Of a stretch of 41,306 nt of DNA, positions 8,806 through 16,351 are shown one piece after another; position 1 is the first letter of the stretch, and every line of letters starts with the position of its first letter. A program made the translations under genes and the position numbers. Below the pieces are notes generated by a model. The model was not told where the DNA came from and ran no database searches. It saw only the letters and a program-made list of their open reading frames with translations. The stretch spans positions 1-41,306 of IMG/VR virus record IMGVR_UViG_3300032300_000179, one strand, 5' to 3'. This DNA comes from a virus (taxonomy: Duplodnaviria; Caudoviricetes).

Positions 8806-8939
8806 TTTCGCGCCCTCTTCTTTCGTGGCTTGTAGCACTTCTCGCAATGGGCGAGAAGCCCACCCGCCTCGTTGCGGGTAACGATTAGGTATCCGTGGCG
8901 CTTGCCGCCTACTGGACACAGATTCCAGAAGTTAAACAT
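8802..8939 (-). CDS. small Zn-finger-like basic protein (45 aa)
   Basis: Not in the ORF track; GAGGAGG RBS, MFNFWNLCPVGGKRH...CEKCYKPRKKRARN*; first gene after a promoter. Confidence 0.7.
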   Translation of the reverse strand: MFNFWNLCPVGGKRHGYLIVTRNEAGGLLAHCEKCYKPRKKRARN

Positions 8940-8986
8940 CTGGTTTCCTCCTCTATTGGCGGGTTTCCTCTCCCGCGTCTGACATA

Positions 8987-9015
8987 AGTATAAAGCATGT
9001 CAATCCATTTGTCAA
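8987..9015 (-). promoter_or_regulatory. sigma70-type early promoter
   Basis: TTGACA-17-TATACT; a second TTGACA lies in the spacer; lacks the AACGCT spacer motif. Confidence 0.85.
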
Positions 9016-9045
9016 GTCGTGCGTAAACTGCTAAGATGGTCGGCA

Positions 9046-9081
9046 AAGTAAATCCCCCCCACGGGGCGACCGTGAGGGGGT
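9046..9081 (-). terminator. probable intrinsic terminator
   Basis: GC-rich hairpin CCCCCTCACGG-TCGCC-CCGTGGGGGG followed by ATTTACTTT, just upstream of the first early promoter. Confidence 0.6.
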
Positions 9082-9124
9082 GAAGCCTGTGGGGGAGGAA
9101 CGCCCACAAGCAAAGACAATGCCG

Positions 9125-9772
9125 TCAGGAAGGCTTGGATGCCCCCTTCTGTTCGGCTGATAGGGAGTGTAGCCCATCTCTTGTGAGTTGTGCGTGTTTC
9201 TCTTTGTTGGCTGGAATTGCAAAATACGCCTTGCTTCTGGCGGATGCGCTGGCTCGCGCCTCGTCGGTTTTCTGCGCTGTGTTGTGGCGTTCCGCAACAA
9301 TTAGTCCGCCCTTGATCATTGGGGTAAACGGTCTGAGCGAACAGGCTGGAACTCTGCACACGCCATCGTCTACGCACTCCCTGCAAAACGCGGTGATTGC
9401 TGCCTGCATGGAATTAACCTGCGCGTCTGGCTTTTTCTTTTTCCCGATTTTGCGCGACAGTCGGGCGCAATCGTAGGAGCAGTACGAGCGGCGAAGATTG
9501 CTGGCGACAAAAGTCTTCCTGCAATACGGATTGAGGCACATTCTAGTGCGCGCCCTTACCGTCAAGGACAGAAGTTTTGGCTCGTCGCACATCAGCGAGA
9601 GCAGCGAAGCATTTTCTGGGCTGGGCATGACTGACCCAAGTAGCCAGAAATTAATCGTGGTGCGGGTAACTTTTAATTGGCGCTCTAGCCGTCGCTTGGT
9701 AATGCCCCGCTTCCGCATGCTTTCGGAGAGCAGCGCGCCAAACTGTGTCTGGTGGTGGTTGGGTGCTGTCAT
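9125..9772 (-). CDS. XRE-family HTH protein with Cys-rich domain
   Basis: FGALLSESMRKRGITKRRLERQLKVTRTTINFW...PSPEN; C-x3-C, YCSYDC, FCREC...C-x4-CSL. Confidence 0.8.
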   Translation of the reverse strand: MTAPNHHQTQFGALLSESMRKRGITKRRLERQLKVTRTTINFWLLGSVMPSPENASLLSLMCDEPKLLSLTVRARTRMCLNPYCRKTFVASNLRRSYCSYDCARLSRKIGKKKKPDAQVNSMQAAITAFCRECVDDGVCRVPACSLRPFTPMIKGGLIVAERHNTAQKTDEARASASARSKAYFAIPANKEKHAQLTRDGLHSLSAEQKGASKPS

Positions 9773-10230
9773 CGCCCAAGCGTCTTCCTGATCTCTTTAA
9801 TGGTCACTTCAATTACGCCTTTGCCCATTGGAGCCAACTGGATGAAAGCGGCAGGGCTTAAATCAATTGCCCGTCGGCTGGTTTCTGACCACTTCTTTGC
9901 TTTCAGCGCACGCCATGCTCCGTGGCAATAATCGCGCACAAGCACAGTGACGCATTTTGTTGTGCCAACCCTGCACACCTCAACCCAGTAGGGCGCATCG
10001 TAATATTCAAAACTTCCCACTGCCGCGTACATGACTTTTTCCCCTTTGCTGTACGGATTGCACGAATTCTTGTAGCCACCGTAACAGAACTTTTTGCTTT
10101 GTGGGTGCGTGTTTCCATACCAAGTAGCCGTGCCGCTCGTCGGGATGCCGTGTTGCGTAAGGGGCGGAGCGTCGGGCGGCGGCACAATAATGCCTGTCGC
10201 GATGGACAGCGCAAGCAGCGCGGAGATCAA
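9769..10230 (-). CDS. secreted RlpA-like double-psi beta-barrel protein (putative lytic transglycosylase)
   Basis: N-terminal hydrophobic signal; GTATWYG, VTVLVRDYC, IDLSPAAFIQLA, GVIEVTI. Confidence 0.85.
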   Translation of the reverse strand: MISALLALSIATGIIVPPPDAPPLTQHGIPTSGTATWYGNTHPQSKKFCYGGYKNSCNPYSKGEKVMYAAVGSFEYYDAPYWVEVCRVGTTKCVTVLVRDYCHGAWRALKAKKWSETSRRAIDLSPAAFIQLAPMGKGVIEVTIKEIRKTLGR

Positions 10231-10625
10231 AACTCACCCAAATAGATGGTTGCACCTTCTGGATGTTCTTCGTCCGCGTACATTTTATGAGCCACTACGG
10301 TTAACACTTGTGCATCGTCGTTCCACACATGGGCGCTTGTCAAGGCATCAAGTACAGACCGCACCATTTTGTCCAAATCGGGCTTCACCGTGGGCTTCTC
10401 TCGCTTGACTGATTTTGGCTTGTGCAAATAAAACTCAATGACAATTGCGACTGCCCCAGCCATAGGCGGCTTACCGCCCCACTGATGCCGCGCCTCCCAC
10501 TCAACCAGCGCCCTCCAAGGCTTAAGGTTTTTATTGGCGCTCGTAATAATCGGCTTGCCATTAACGATGAAGGCACGCGATGAGCCTTGCGGCTCAGGCT
10601 TACCAAGAACTTTGATCTGGGGCAT
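10227..10625 (-). CDS. rusA: RusA-family Holliday junction resolvase
   Basis: GKPEPQGS, KPDLDKMVRSVLDALT, WNDDAQV. Confidence 0.95.
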   Translation of the reverse strand: MPQIKVLGKPEPQGSSRAFIVNGKPIITSANKNLKPWRALVEWEARHQWGGKPPMAGAVAIVIEFYLHKPKSVKREKPTVKPDLDKMVRSVLDALTSAHVWNDDAQVLTVVAHKMYADEEHPEGATIYLGEF

Positions 10626-10986
10626 AAGTCTCTACCGTTCCAGAAATATAGCGAACCCATTTCTGCCTGTACAAATCTATGATTTCTAGTTGGTCACCGT
10701 GAAACGAGACTGGCGCTGGTCGGATCGTCCTTGCTTTGCGCTCTGTCTTGACCAGCCAGCCACGATTAATCAGCACCAGCACCCTGCGCTGCGCCGCAGA
10801 AACAGTTATCTGCATCGCTTCTGCAATGTCGCGCACGCTGGGGCTGCTACCAAAAAACATACGATACGCACTAATGTATGCAAAAGTATTTTCGTAGCGA
10901 AACTGCTCATCTGCCCCAAGGTCAATCATTGCGTCAATCCCTTTCGGGGTCATCATTGTTGGCAAGTGACCGTCAATGATGTTCAC
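10600..10986 (-). CDS. LexA-like winged-helix DNA-binding protein (no peptidase domain)
   Basis: GSSPSVRDIAEAMQI...LINRGWL...KARTIR. Confidence 0.8.
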   Translation of the reverse strand: MNIIDGHLPTMMTPKGIDAMIDLGADEQFRYENTFAYISAYRMFFGSSPSVRDIAEAMQITVSAAQRRVLVLINRGWLVKTERKARTIRPAPVSFHGDQLEIIDLYRQKWVRYISGTVETYAPDQSSW

Positions 10987-11327
10987 AGCGAATCGGGAAA
11001 TGCCCGCACCAATTCTGTTTTTACAGGGTAGATGTCAAAGATGTTTTCTTCGCCGCTCTGCACACGCTTTGCCATCATTGCTGGCACTCCGCGATAGTGA
11101 ATATCTTGCATCTCATTGATTGTCCAGCGATACAAATTGCCAAACTCGTCTTCAACAATAAAATTGCCGCCAATTGCGTTTTGCTCGCCACTGATTACCC
11201 GCACTGCCAATCTGTGTGGCTGGCGCGGGTCAAATCGCCCGTCTTCCGTAAACTTACCGTGATCGCAACAACTTCCCTTGCTGCACGCTACGCATGCGCA
11301 CCAATCGCAAAACTGAACTACTGTCAT
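10983..11327 (-). CDS. hypothetical protein, Cys-rich N-terminus
   Basis: ATGA-coupled ORF; CDWCACVACSKGSCCDH. Confidence 0.7.
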   Translation of the reverse strand: MTVVQFCDWCACVACSKGSCCDHGKFTEDGRFDPRQPHRLAVRVISGEQNAIGGNFIVEDEFGNLYRWTINEMQDIHYRGVPAMMAKRVQSGEENIFDIYPVKTELVRAFPDSL

Positions 11328-11842
11328 GACTGAAGCCTCCGCAATACGCTCTGGACGCTCTCTGAAGAGCGATAACTCCCCTTGGTTTCCCCCTTTATAA
11401 CCATGGATGTTTGTTCGTCTGTCTGTCCGTCTGTTCGTTTGTCTGTAGCCACGCTTGAGTCACTTTTATCGGTGACGATTGCGTGACGCTTTCGTGACGC
11501 TGGCGTGATCGCATTCATTGGCGGCTGGTATTCATCCCAATTTGAGACAACCCAGCCCCCAGCCATGCCTTGAGAGACAACGCCAAGAGCCTTAAACCCG
11601 TCGGCGATCACATCAATCTCGTTCTGGGCAACATTGATGGCTGGTGAAGAAATCGCAACCCGCAAATCCATGTCGTCACCAATTACACCGTCATTCTGGC
11701 AAGCGCGAGCCAAGAGACTGAACCATGCGACTACGCCGTTCGCCCCAAACTCCATGCCAATCCTGCGGATTTTGGTGTTGCTATCCCAATCGCGGTCAAC
11801 CCGCATCCATTGCCTACTTGCTCTACTCACATCTTCCTCCAA
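11324..11842 (-). CDS. putative replication initiator
   Basis: WMRVDRDWDSNTKIRR...WFSLLA...VSNWDEYQ resembles phage initiator N-domains; contains internal repeats; sits in the replication block. Confidence 0.7.
   Translation of the reverse strand: MEEDVSRASRQWMRVDRDWDSNTKIRRIGMEFGANGVVAWFSLLARACQNDGVIGDDMDLRVAISSPAINVAQNEIDVIADGFKALGVVSQGMAGGWVVSNWDEYQPPMNAITPASRKRHAIVTDKSDSSVATDKRTDGQTDEQTSMVIKGETKGSYRSSESVQSVLRRLQS
11409..11510. repeat. iteron-like repeats (candidate replication origin)
   Basis: GTGACG at 11472, 11483, 11494 and GTGATC at 11505 (11-bp period); about nine tandem GTYY units at 11409-11446. Confidence 0.6.
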
Positions 11843-12195
11843 ATCGCTTGTTTCTTTTTACATGTGTGGCAGCCGCCAACCCGCAGATTTTCGGCTACCG
11901 TTCCCATCCCAATCTGCCCTTCGTGAACAGACTTGCAGCCCTGACATTGCCACAACTCCTTCGGCGGCGTTTTCTGCTCGCCCGTCAGAAGCCGATACTG
12001 CCAGAGAGCGTGGTTCGGGCGCGGGTCTGGTCGGGATTCAATGTGATTCCCAGCCTTCCGCAGTTCCTCAATCCGCGCTGAATAACGAGACCCCCCAACC
12101 TCTGGGCTGAGAAGTTCAGAGCCGAAGACCCACTGACCACCCGCCTCAAGCAAAAGGTCGTAAATCTTTTCGGCTCTGGTCTTCTCCCCCCTCAG
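11827..12195 (-). CDS. winged-HTH protein with C-terminal zinc ribbon
   Basis: KIYDLLLEAGG...RYSARIEELRKAGNHIES; CQGC...CHTC; start proposed at CTG 12195 (track gives TTG 12153). Confidence 0.75.
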   Translation of the reverse strand: MRGEKTRAEKIYDLLLEAGGQWVFGSELLSPEVGGSRYSARIEELRKAGNHIESRPDPRPNHALWQYRLLTGEQKTPPKELWQCQGCKSVHEGQIGMGTVAENLRVGGCHTCKKKQAIWRKM

Positions 12196-12578
12196 AACGG
12201 CAGGGTTGACAGGTCGGTGTCGTCGTCGTTACCGCCCTGCTGCGCCTGATCTTTCTTTCCCGAAGCAACCACAACATCAGTTGCAATTACCTGAATCTTG
12301 TGGCGCAAATTTCCGCTCTTGTCTGTGTAGGTCTGTGGCTCTGGCTTGCCCGTGACCAGCACCTTGCTGCCCTTCTGTGCAAACTTCTCCAAAGCCTCAG
12401 CGGTCTTGCCGAAGCAAACCACCTCATACCAGACTGTTTCTGGCTTGAATCCCTCATCGGTCTTGACCTGCTTATTAATCGCTACCGACAGGCGAGCAAA
12501 CTTGCTGCCCTGAGCAGAAACCTTAACCTCTGGGTCTCGCCCCAGATTTCCCATAATCGTAATGTGTGCGAAATCCAT
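12192..12578 (-). CDS. ssb: single-stranded DNA-binding protein
   Basis: GNLGRDPE, WYEVVCFGKTAE, KGSKVLVTG, acidic tail ending LPF. Confidence 0.96.
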   Translation of the reverse strand: MDFAHITIMGNLGRDPEVKVSAQGSKFARLSVAINKQVKTDEGFKPETVWYEVVCFGKTAEALEKFAQKGSKVLVTGKPEPQTYTDKSGNLRHKIQVIATDVVVASGKKDQAQQGGNDDDTDLSTLPF

Positions 12579-13516
12579 TAGATTCCTCCTTCTGCGCCCT
12601 TAGCGAGCGCCCACTTCAAGACTTCCTCAGCCTTTTGCTTTGGAATGTCTGTAAAAGATTCCCAGCCGCGAGACTTGAGCAGCGCATCGCTGTCAACCCC
12701 AGCAGCCACCAGCGCAATGCGAATGTCGTTAGCCAACGCTTCGTCAGCCAACTCCTCTTCCGCATCAATCGCAGCCGCAACCGCTTCGTCCATCTGGGCG
12801 CGCTTTACGCCGCCCTTGACACCAAGCGCCTTGGCAAAGACAGACTCAAAAGTCGGGTTGACGATCTCTGACTTAATGTCATTTGATCCTGTCCGATCCT
12901 TGATCACCGTCATCTTGCGTGCGCCGCCATCAACGAACATCCGCAAAACGGTGTCAAAGAAGTACGGCGTACCCTTTTCCGCATCTGGCTTGCTGCCAAT
13001 GCGAACCATTTGGTCTCCGCGCTTCTCTGTCTCGTCCTTCTCTCGCGCAATGACAATCGTGTGGATCGGCAAATTAATGATTGCCGTCAGCAGCGACTTG
13101 TACTGGCGCTTGATGCGACCCCAGTCCAGCATCTCAAGGTCAGTTTCCTCAACGATGCCTGTGCCGCGCCCCTTGGCAGCGTTTGCCGCAGCGCGCTTGA
13201 TCTGGGCTGAGTCCTGTAGCGTCTCCCAAATTACGGTCAGCGGGTCAATGACCAGCGTTCCGTATGCTTCTGGGTTTGCTGCGACAAACTCAACCGCCGC
13301 CTTGACATCCTTGTAGGTCTTGGTCGGCAGAACATCAAATTCCTGCAAACCATCACGCCCAGCGTAATGCGCTGTGCCGCCTTCGGTGTCAATAACTGCG
13401 ATCTTCCCCTTTCCCGAAAGCGCGAAGAAAGTCTTGCCAACTCCTGAAGCGCCGTACACCAGCACCTTCATCTTCGGCTCAACATTCTGCGCCTTCTTGA
13501 ATGGATTTCCTGCCAT
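12578..13516 (-). CDS. Sak4-like AAA/RecA-fold recombination ATPase
   Basis: YGASGVGKT, IDTEGG, TLVIDPLT; lies between a nuclease and ssb. Confidence 0.85.
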   Translation of the reverse strand: MAGNPFKKAQNVEPKMKVLVYGASGVGKTFFALSGKGKIAVIDTEGGTAHYAGRDGLQEFDVLPTKTYKDVKAAVEFVAANPEAYGTLVIDPLTVIWETLQDSAQIKRAAANAAKGRGTGIVEETDLEMLDWGRIKRQYKSLLTAIINLPIHTIVIAREKDETEKRGDQMVRIGSKPDAEKGTPYFFDTVLRMFVDGGARKMTVIKDRTGSNDIKSEIVNPTFESVFAKALGVKGGVKRAQMDEAVAAAIDAEEELADEALANDIRIALVAAGVDSDALLKSRGWESFTDIPKQKAEEVLKWALAKGAEGGI

Positions 13517-13525
13517 GTTGCCTCC

Positions 13526-14323
13526 TTATTCTTGGATGCCGCGCCAAGCGGGGCATTCACTCTTGAAAGCGCAGCCATTGCATGCAAACTGCGCGTTAAA
13601 CCCCTGAGTCAAGTGCATGTCCAACTCCTTGGCAACCTGACGCGACTTCTCGCGCTTTGCTGCCTCAATCCTGAACGACTCCACCGCCAGCGTTAGCCGT
13701 CGGCTGCGTTGCTTGTCATACCAAGGCTTCTTCGCCTTTGGGTTCCACTCCAACACATCCTTCGGCGGGTTCGCATAGATCAGACCGTCAAGCCCGACCA
13801 TTGGCGGAAGAGACCCGTAGACCTCATAAAGCCCCCAAGCGTAGTAAGTCAACTGGAAGTCTTTGTCGGCGCGGCGCTCTTCCAAGCGTCGCTCGCTGGT
13901 CTTCAAGTCAATTACTGAGCCATCAGACAAAATGATGTCTGGGTGGGCGTGGTATGTCACGCCTTCAAACTCCCAGTGCAGTTCAACTTGCGTGCCAAAC
14001 ACTTCTGGCATCGTTGGCTGCACCTCTTCCTGCCAGCATTGGACAAGCGCGCTTGCTTTCTCCTTCATTGCATCAAGCGCCCAGACCCGCGTTGCGGCTG
14101 GATCTTCCTCATGCACTGCGGATTCCACTTCCCGCTCAGTTTCGGCAGGTTGACCAGCGATCAATTTGCAGACCGCCGCGTCAACCGCCTTGCCGACCAT
14201 TGCTGCCTCCCCCATTTGCGGGCGCTTACCCGTGAGGGCGGCAGCGTTGGACTTCCACTGGCATTCATCCCAAAGTTTGTCGCCCGAATACGAGCGATGA
14301 CTTGGATCAAAGCAGCGAGACAT
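13526..14323 (-). CDS. PD-(D/E)XK exonuclease (Cas4/RecB-like)
   Basis: HPDII...VIDLKT, QLTYYA, C-terminal CNGC-x5-C. Confidence 0.88.
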   Translation of the reverse strand: MSRCFDPSHRSYSGDKLWDECQWKSNAAALTGKRPQMGEAAMVGKAVDAAVCKLIAGQPAETEREVESAVHEEDPAATRVWALDAMKEKASALVQCWQEEVQPTMPEVFGTQVELHWEFEGVTYHAHPDIILSDGSVIDLKTSERRLEERRADKDFQLTYYAWGLYEVYGSLPPMVGLDGLIYANPPKDVLEWNPKAKKPWYDKQRSRRLTLAVESFRIEAAKREKSRQVAKELDMHLTQGFNAQFACNGCAFKSECPAWRGIQE

Positions 14324-14616
14324 TAGACTTCCTCTCGCAACGCGACGATCACCTCATAAGTGCCATCGGCGTTTGGTACGCAACGAGACTTAACCGTTAC
14401 GCCAAGGTTCCTAAATGCCTGAAGCAGAGTTGCGCGCTTTCGCCACGACACTGCCTTGCTTTCTGCTGCAAGCCGAATCGCCTGACCGCTACGGAGCGCC
14501 ACAAGTGCCGCCTCATAATCAATCAACGCCGTCGTCTTGTTTGAGCGCCAACTAATGTCGCTCAGGTTGCTAATAGCCGTGAAGTCTTCCTGCACAGGCT
14601 TAAGCGCGAACGCCAT
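14323..14616 (-). CDS. hypothetical protein
   Basis: First ORF after the promoter at 14696-14724; GAGGGG RBS. Confidence 0.7.
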   Translation of the reverse strand: MAFALKPVQEDFTAISNLSDISWRSNKTTALIDYEAALVALRSGQAIRLAAESKAVSWRKRATLLQAFRNLGVTVKSRCVPNADGTYEVIVALREEV

Positions 14617-14695
14617 GTTCCCCTCTTTTCCCCTATCACGCTGTTGCGTGTGAGCCTTACCCCTAAGACTGCTGCGGCTCTACGGCAGTGGGTGG

Positions 14696-14724
14696 AGTAT
14701 AGAAGGTCTGTTCGCCTAAGTCAA
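14696..14724 (-). promoter_or_regulatory. sigma70-type promoter of the recombination/replication operon
   Basis: TTGACT-17-TATACT in an intergenic gap. Confidence 0.8.
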
Positions 14725-14739
14725 CACCTGTTCTTCTGC

Positions 14740-15807
14740 TTACCCTACCTGTGGCAATACAGGATTGTCCGTGTCAAGATAAACTACATACTCCGCTGTC
14801 ACTCCATGCTTGGGGTGGACGAAGCGTAGCCCTTGAGATGGGCGACCCACTGCTGCCAGCGCCTCTTGCGCAAAGGTGTTGTGGCTCTCTGGGCTGCCAT
14901 TGCAACGCGCAGTCACGCGGTTAAGCGTTACGCGGGTTGGCTGATGCCAGTGACCAAAGTCGGTATCGTGGAAAACCTCTGGAATGGCTCCCAGCGCCCA
15001 GCCGCCGACCTTCTTCATCAAGCCGTACCAAGGGAAGCCCGACCCGCCGCGCAGGTTGTAGCCGTGGAACAGCAGCACCCTGTAGTTCGGGAACACTTCG
15101 GCAACGGTGTACCAGTGTGACTCGCCCGAACCATCAGGAATGTTGAATGACACGCGCTTCTCATCCTTGAGCAGCAACTGCGTGATTCTGTACGCCATGC
15201 GGTCTGCGTTGCTTTCTGGGTTCATGCTCTGGCGGACTGCTCCGCCGATTGCACCGTGATTGCCGATGACCATGTGGACAGTGATCTTGCCGCTAAAGTT
15301 TGCCAGCATCTTGCGAATGAAATTGGTCAGGATGCGCGGCGCGTCAAGAACTGTCTGCTGGTAGAGCGAACTATCTAACTGCCACTGCTGGCTAGGGAAG
15401 ATCAACTCACCCTCAACGATGTCGCCAAGGACAAAAATTTGCAGGTCGTTAACTGGGTGATCTGCTCGCTGGATCTCTGTGAGTTTGATTACCTTGTCTG
15501 CGTAAATATCAATGCGCTCTTCGCAGATCTGCGAGTTGTACCCTGCGGTCAACTTGCCCAACTGGAAGTCGCCAAGCACCGCAATGGCAGTTTCTGCTTG
15601 CTTGTTGCGCTTGTCCGCTTTCGGCGCTTGCACTGGCGGAATAATCATTGCGCTTGCCGCTGACTTTGCGGCGCGGAAGATTGCTTCGGTGTATTCGTCA
15701 CGATCCCGCTTGAGCGAGTCGTACTTTTTGAGCGCAGCGTTTAACTGCGTTCGCAACTCGCCCTCAACTTGGGCGCGCAGGATTTCTTCCTCTATTGACA
15801 CGAGCAT
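14740..15807 (-). CDS. calcineurin-like metallophosphoesterase with N-terminal coiled coil
   Basis: GDFQLG, GDIVEG, GNHG, FHG, GHWH. Confidence 0.88.
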   Translation of the reverse strand: MLVSIEEEILRAQVEGELRTQLNAALKKYDSLKRDRDEYTEAIFRAAKSAASAMIIPPVQAPKADKRNKQAETAIAVLGDFQLGKLTAGYNSQICEERIDIYADKVIKLTEIQRADHPVNDLQIFVLGDIVEGELIFPSQQWQLDSSLYQQTVLDAPRILTNFIRKMLANFSGKITVHMVIGNHGAIGGAVRQSMNPESNADRMAYRITQLLLKDEKRVSFNIPDGSGESHWYTVAEVFPNYRVLLFHGYNLRGGSGFPWYGLMKKVGGWALGAIPEVFHDTDFGHWHQPTRVTLNRVTARCNGSPESHNTFAQEALAAVGRPSQGLRFVHPKHGVTAEYVVYLDTDNPVLPQVG

Positions 15808-16028
15808 TCCCCTTTCCTATGCCGCGCCACCGATGGTGCAGCAAGTTTTACGCCAAGAGCCGCAACAACGCCCTTGGCAATTGCTGTGGATTCAATGGCG
15901 GGATTGTCTAGCGCCGACTTAAAATCGGCTGCATCTGCTTCGCTTAGATCTAACAACACGCGGCGCACGCCGCAAATTGTCTTACTCACCGTCGGGCGAG
16001 CAGCATTAATTGCACCTAGTAAATCCAT
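15792..16028 (-). CDS. small hypothetical protein (possible HTH/Zn)
   Basis: CGV...VARHRKGECSC; coupled to the phosphoesterase gene. Confidence 0.7.
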   Translation of the reverse strand: MDLLGAINAARPTVSKTICGVRRVLLDLSEADAADFKSALDNPAIESTAIAKGVVAALGVKLAAPSVARHRKGECSCQ

Positions 16029-16051
16029 CCCCTAGTTCCCCCTTTTTTGCT

Positions 16052-16267
16052 TTACTTCTTGGCTCCGACTCCATATTCGCCGCCAGCCTGTAGATACCGT
16101 AGCAGAACCTGAATACCTGCTGCAATACCTGCCGCAGACAATGCCTTAAGTGCCTCAGTGTCAAGGCTCCAGACATCAATGCCCATCCCTAGCCAAAGAG
16201 CAAGGGTGGTTGAGAGTGCGGTGCGCAGTACATCCTGCAAGGCTGCTGTAATTTGCTTGGTGTTCAT
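16052..16267 (-). CDS. putative holin
   Basis: 71 aa with two hydrophobic segments, downstream of the endolysin candidate. Confidence 0.7.
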   Translation of the reverse strand: MNTKQITAALQDVLRTALSTTLALWLGMGIDVWSLDTEALKALSAAGIAAGIQVLLRYLQAGGEYGVGAKK

Positions 16268-16285
16268 AATGTTCCTTTCGTTTTG

Positions 16286-16336
16286 TTAATAGCCCTTTGG
16301 CTTTGGCTTTGGTTTTGGCATAGGTCGCTTGCCCAT
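16286..16336 (-). CDS. 16-aa basic micropeptide MGKRPMPKPKPKPKGY
   Basis: ATG at 16336, TAA at 16288-16286; fills the gap between endolysin and holin; AGAAAGG upstream. Confidence 0.5.
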   Translation of the reverse strand: MGKRPMPKPKPKPKGY

Positions 16337-16351
16337 TTTGTCCAGCCTTTC

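Noticed and set aside
8806-8919. N-terminal extension of the 294-aa ORF given in the track
   Set aside because: It overlaps a 45-aa ORF that owns the strong RBS after the promoter; the GTG at 8919 has no RBS of its own
4466-9015. Dispersed repeats as a CRISPR array or att sites
   Set aside because: Spacing is 0.6-1.6 kb with genes in between, and the repeats resolve into promoter, hairpin and RBS elements
13526-14323. Cas4-like gene as evidence of a CRISPR-Cas system
   Set aside because: No array or other cas genes; its position beside Sak4-like and ssb genes is a standard phage recombination module
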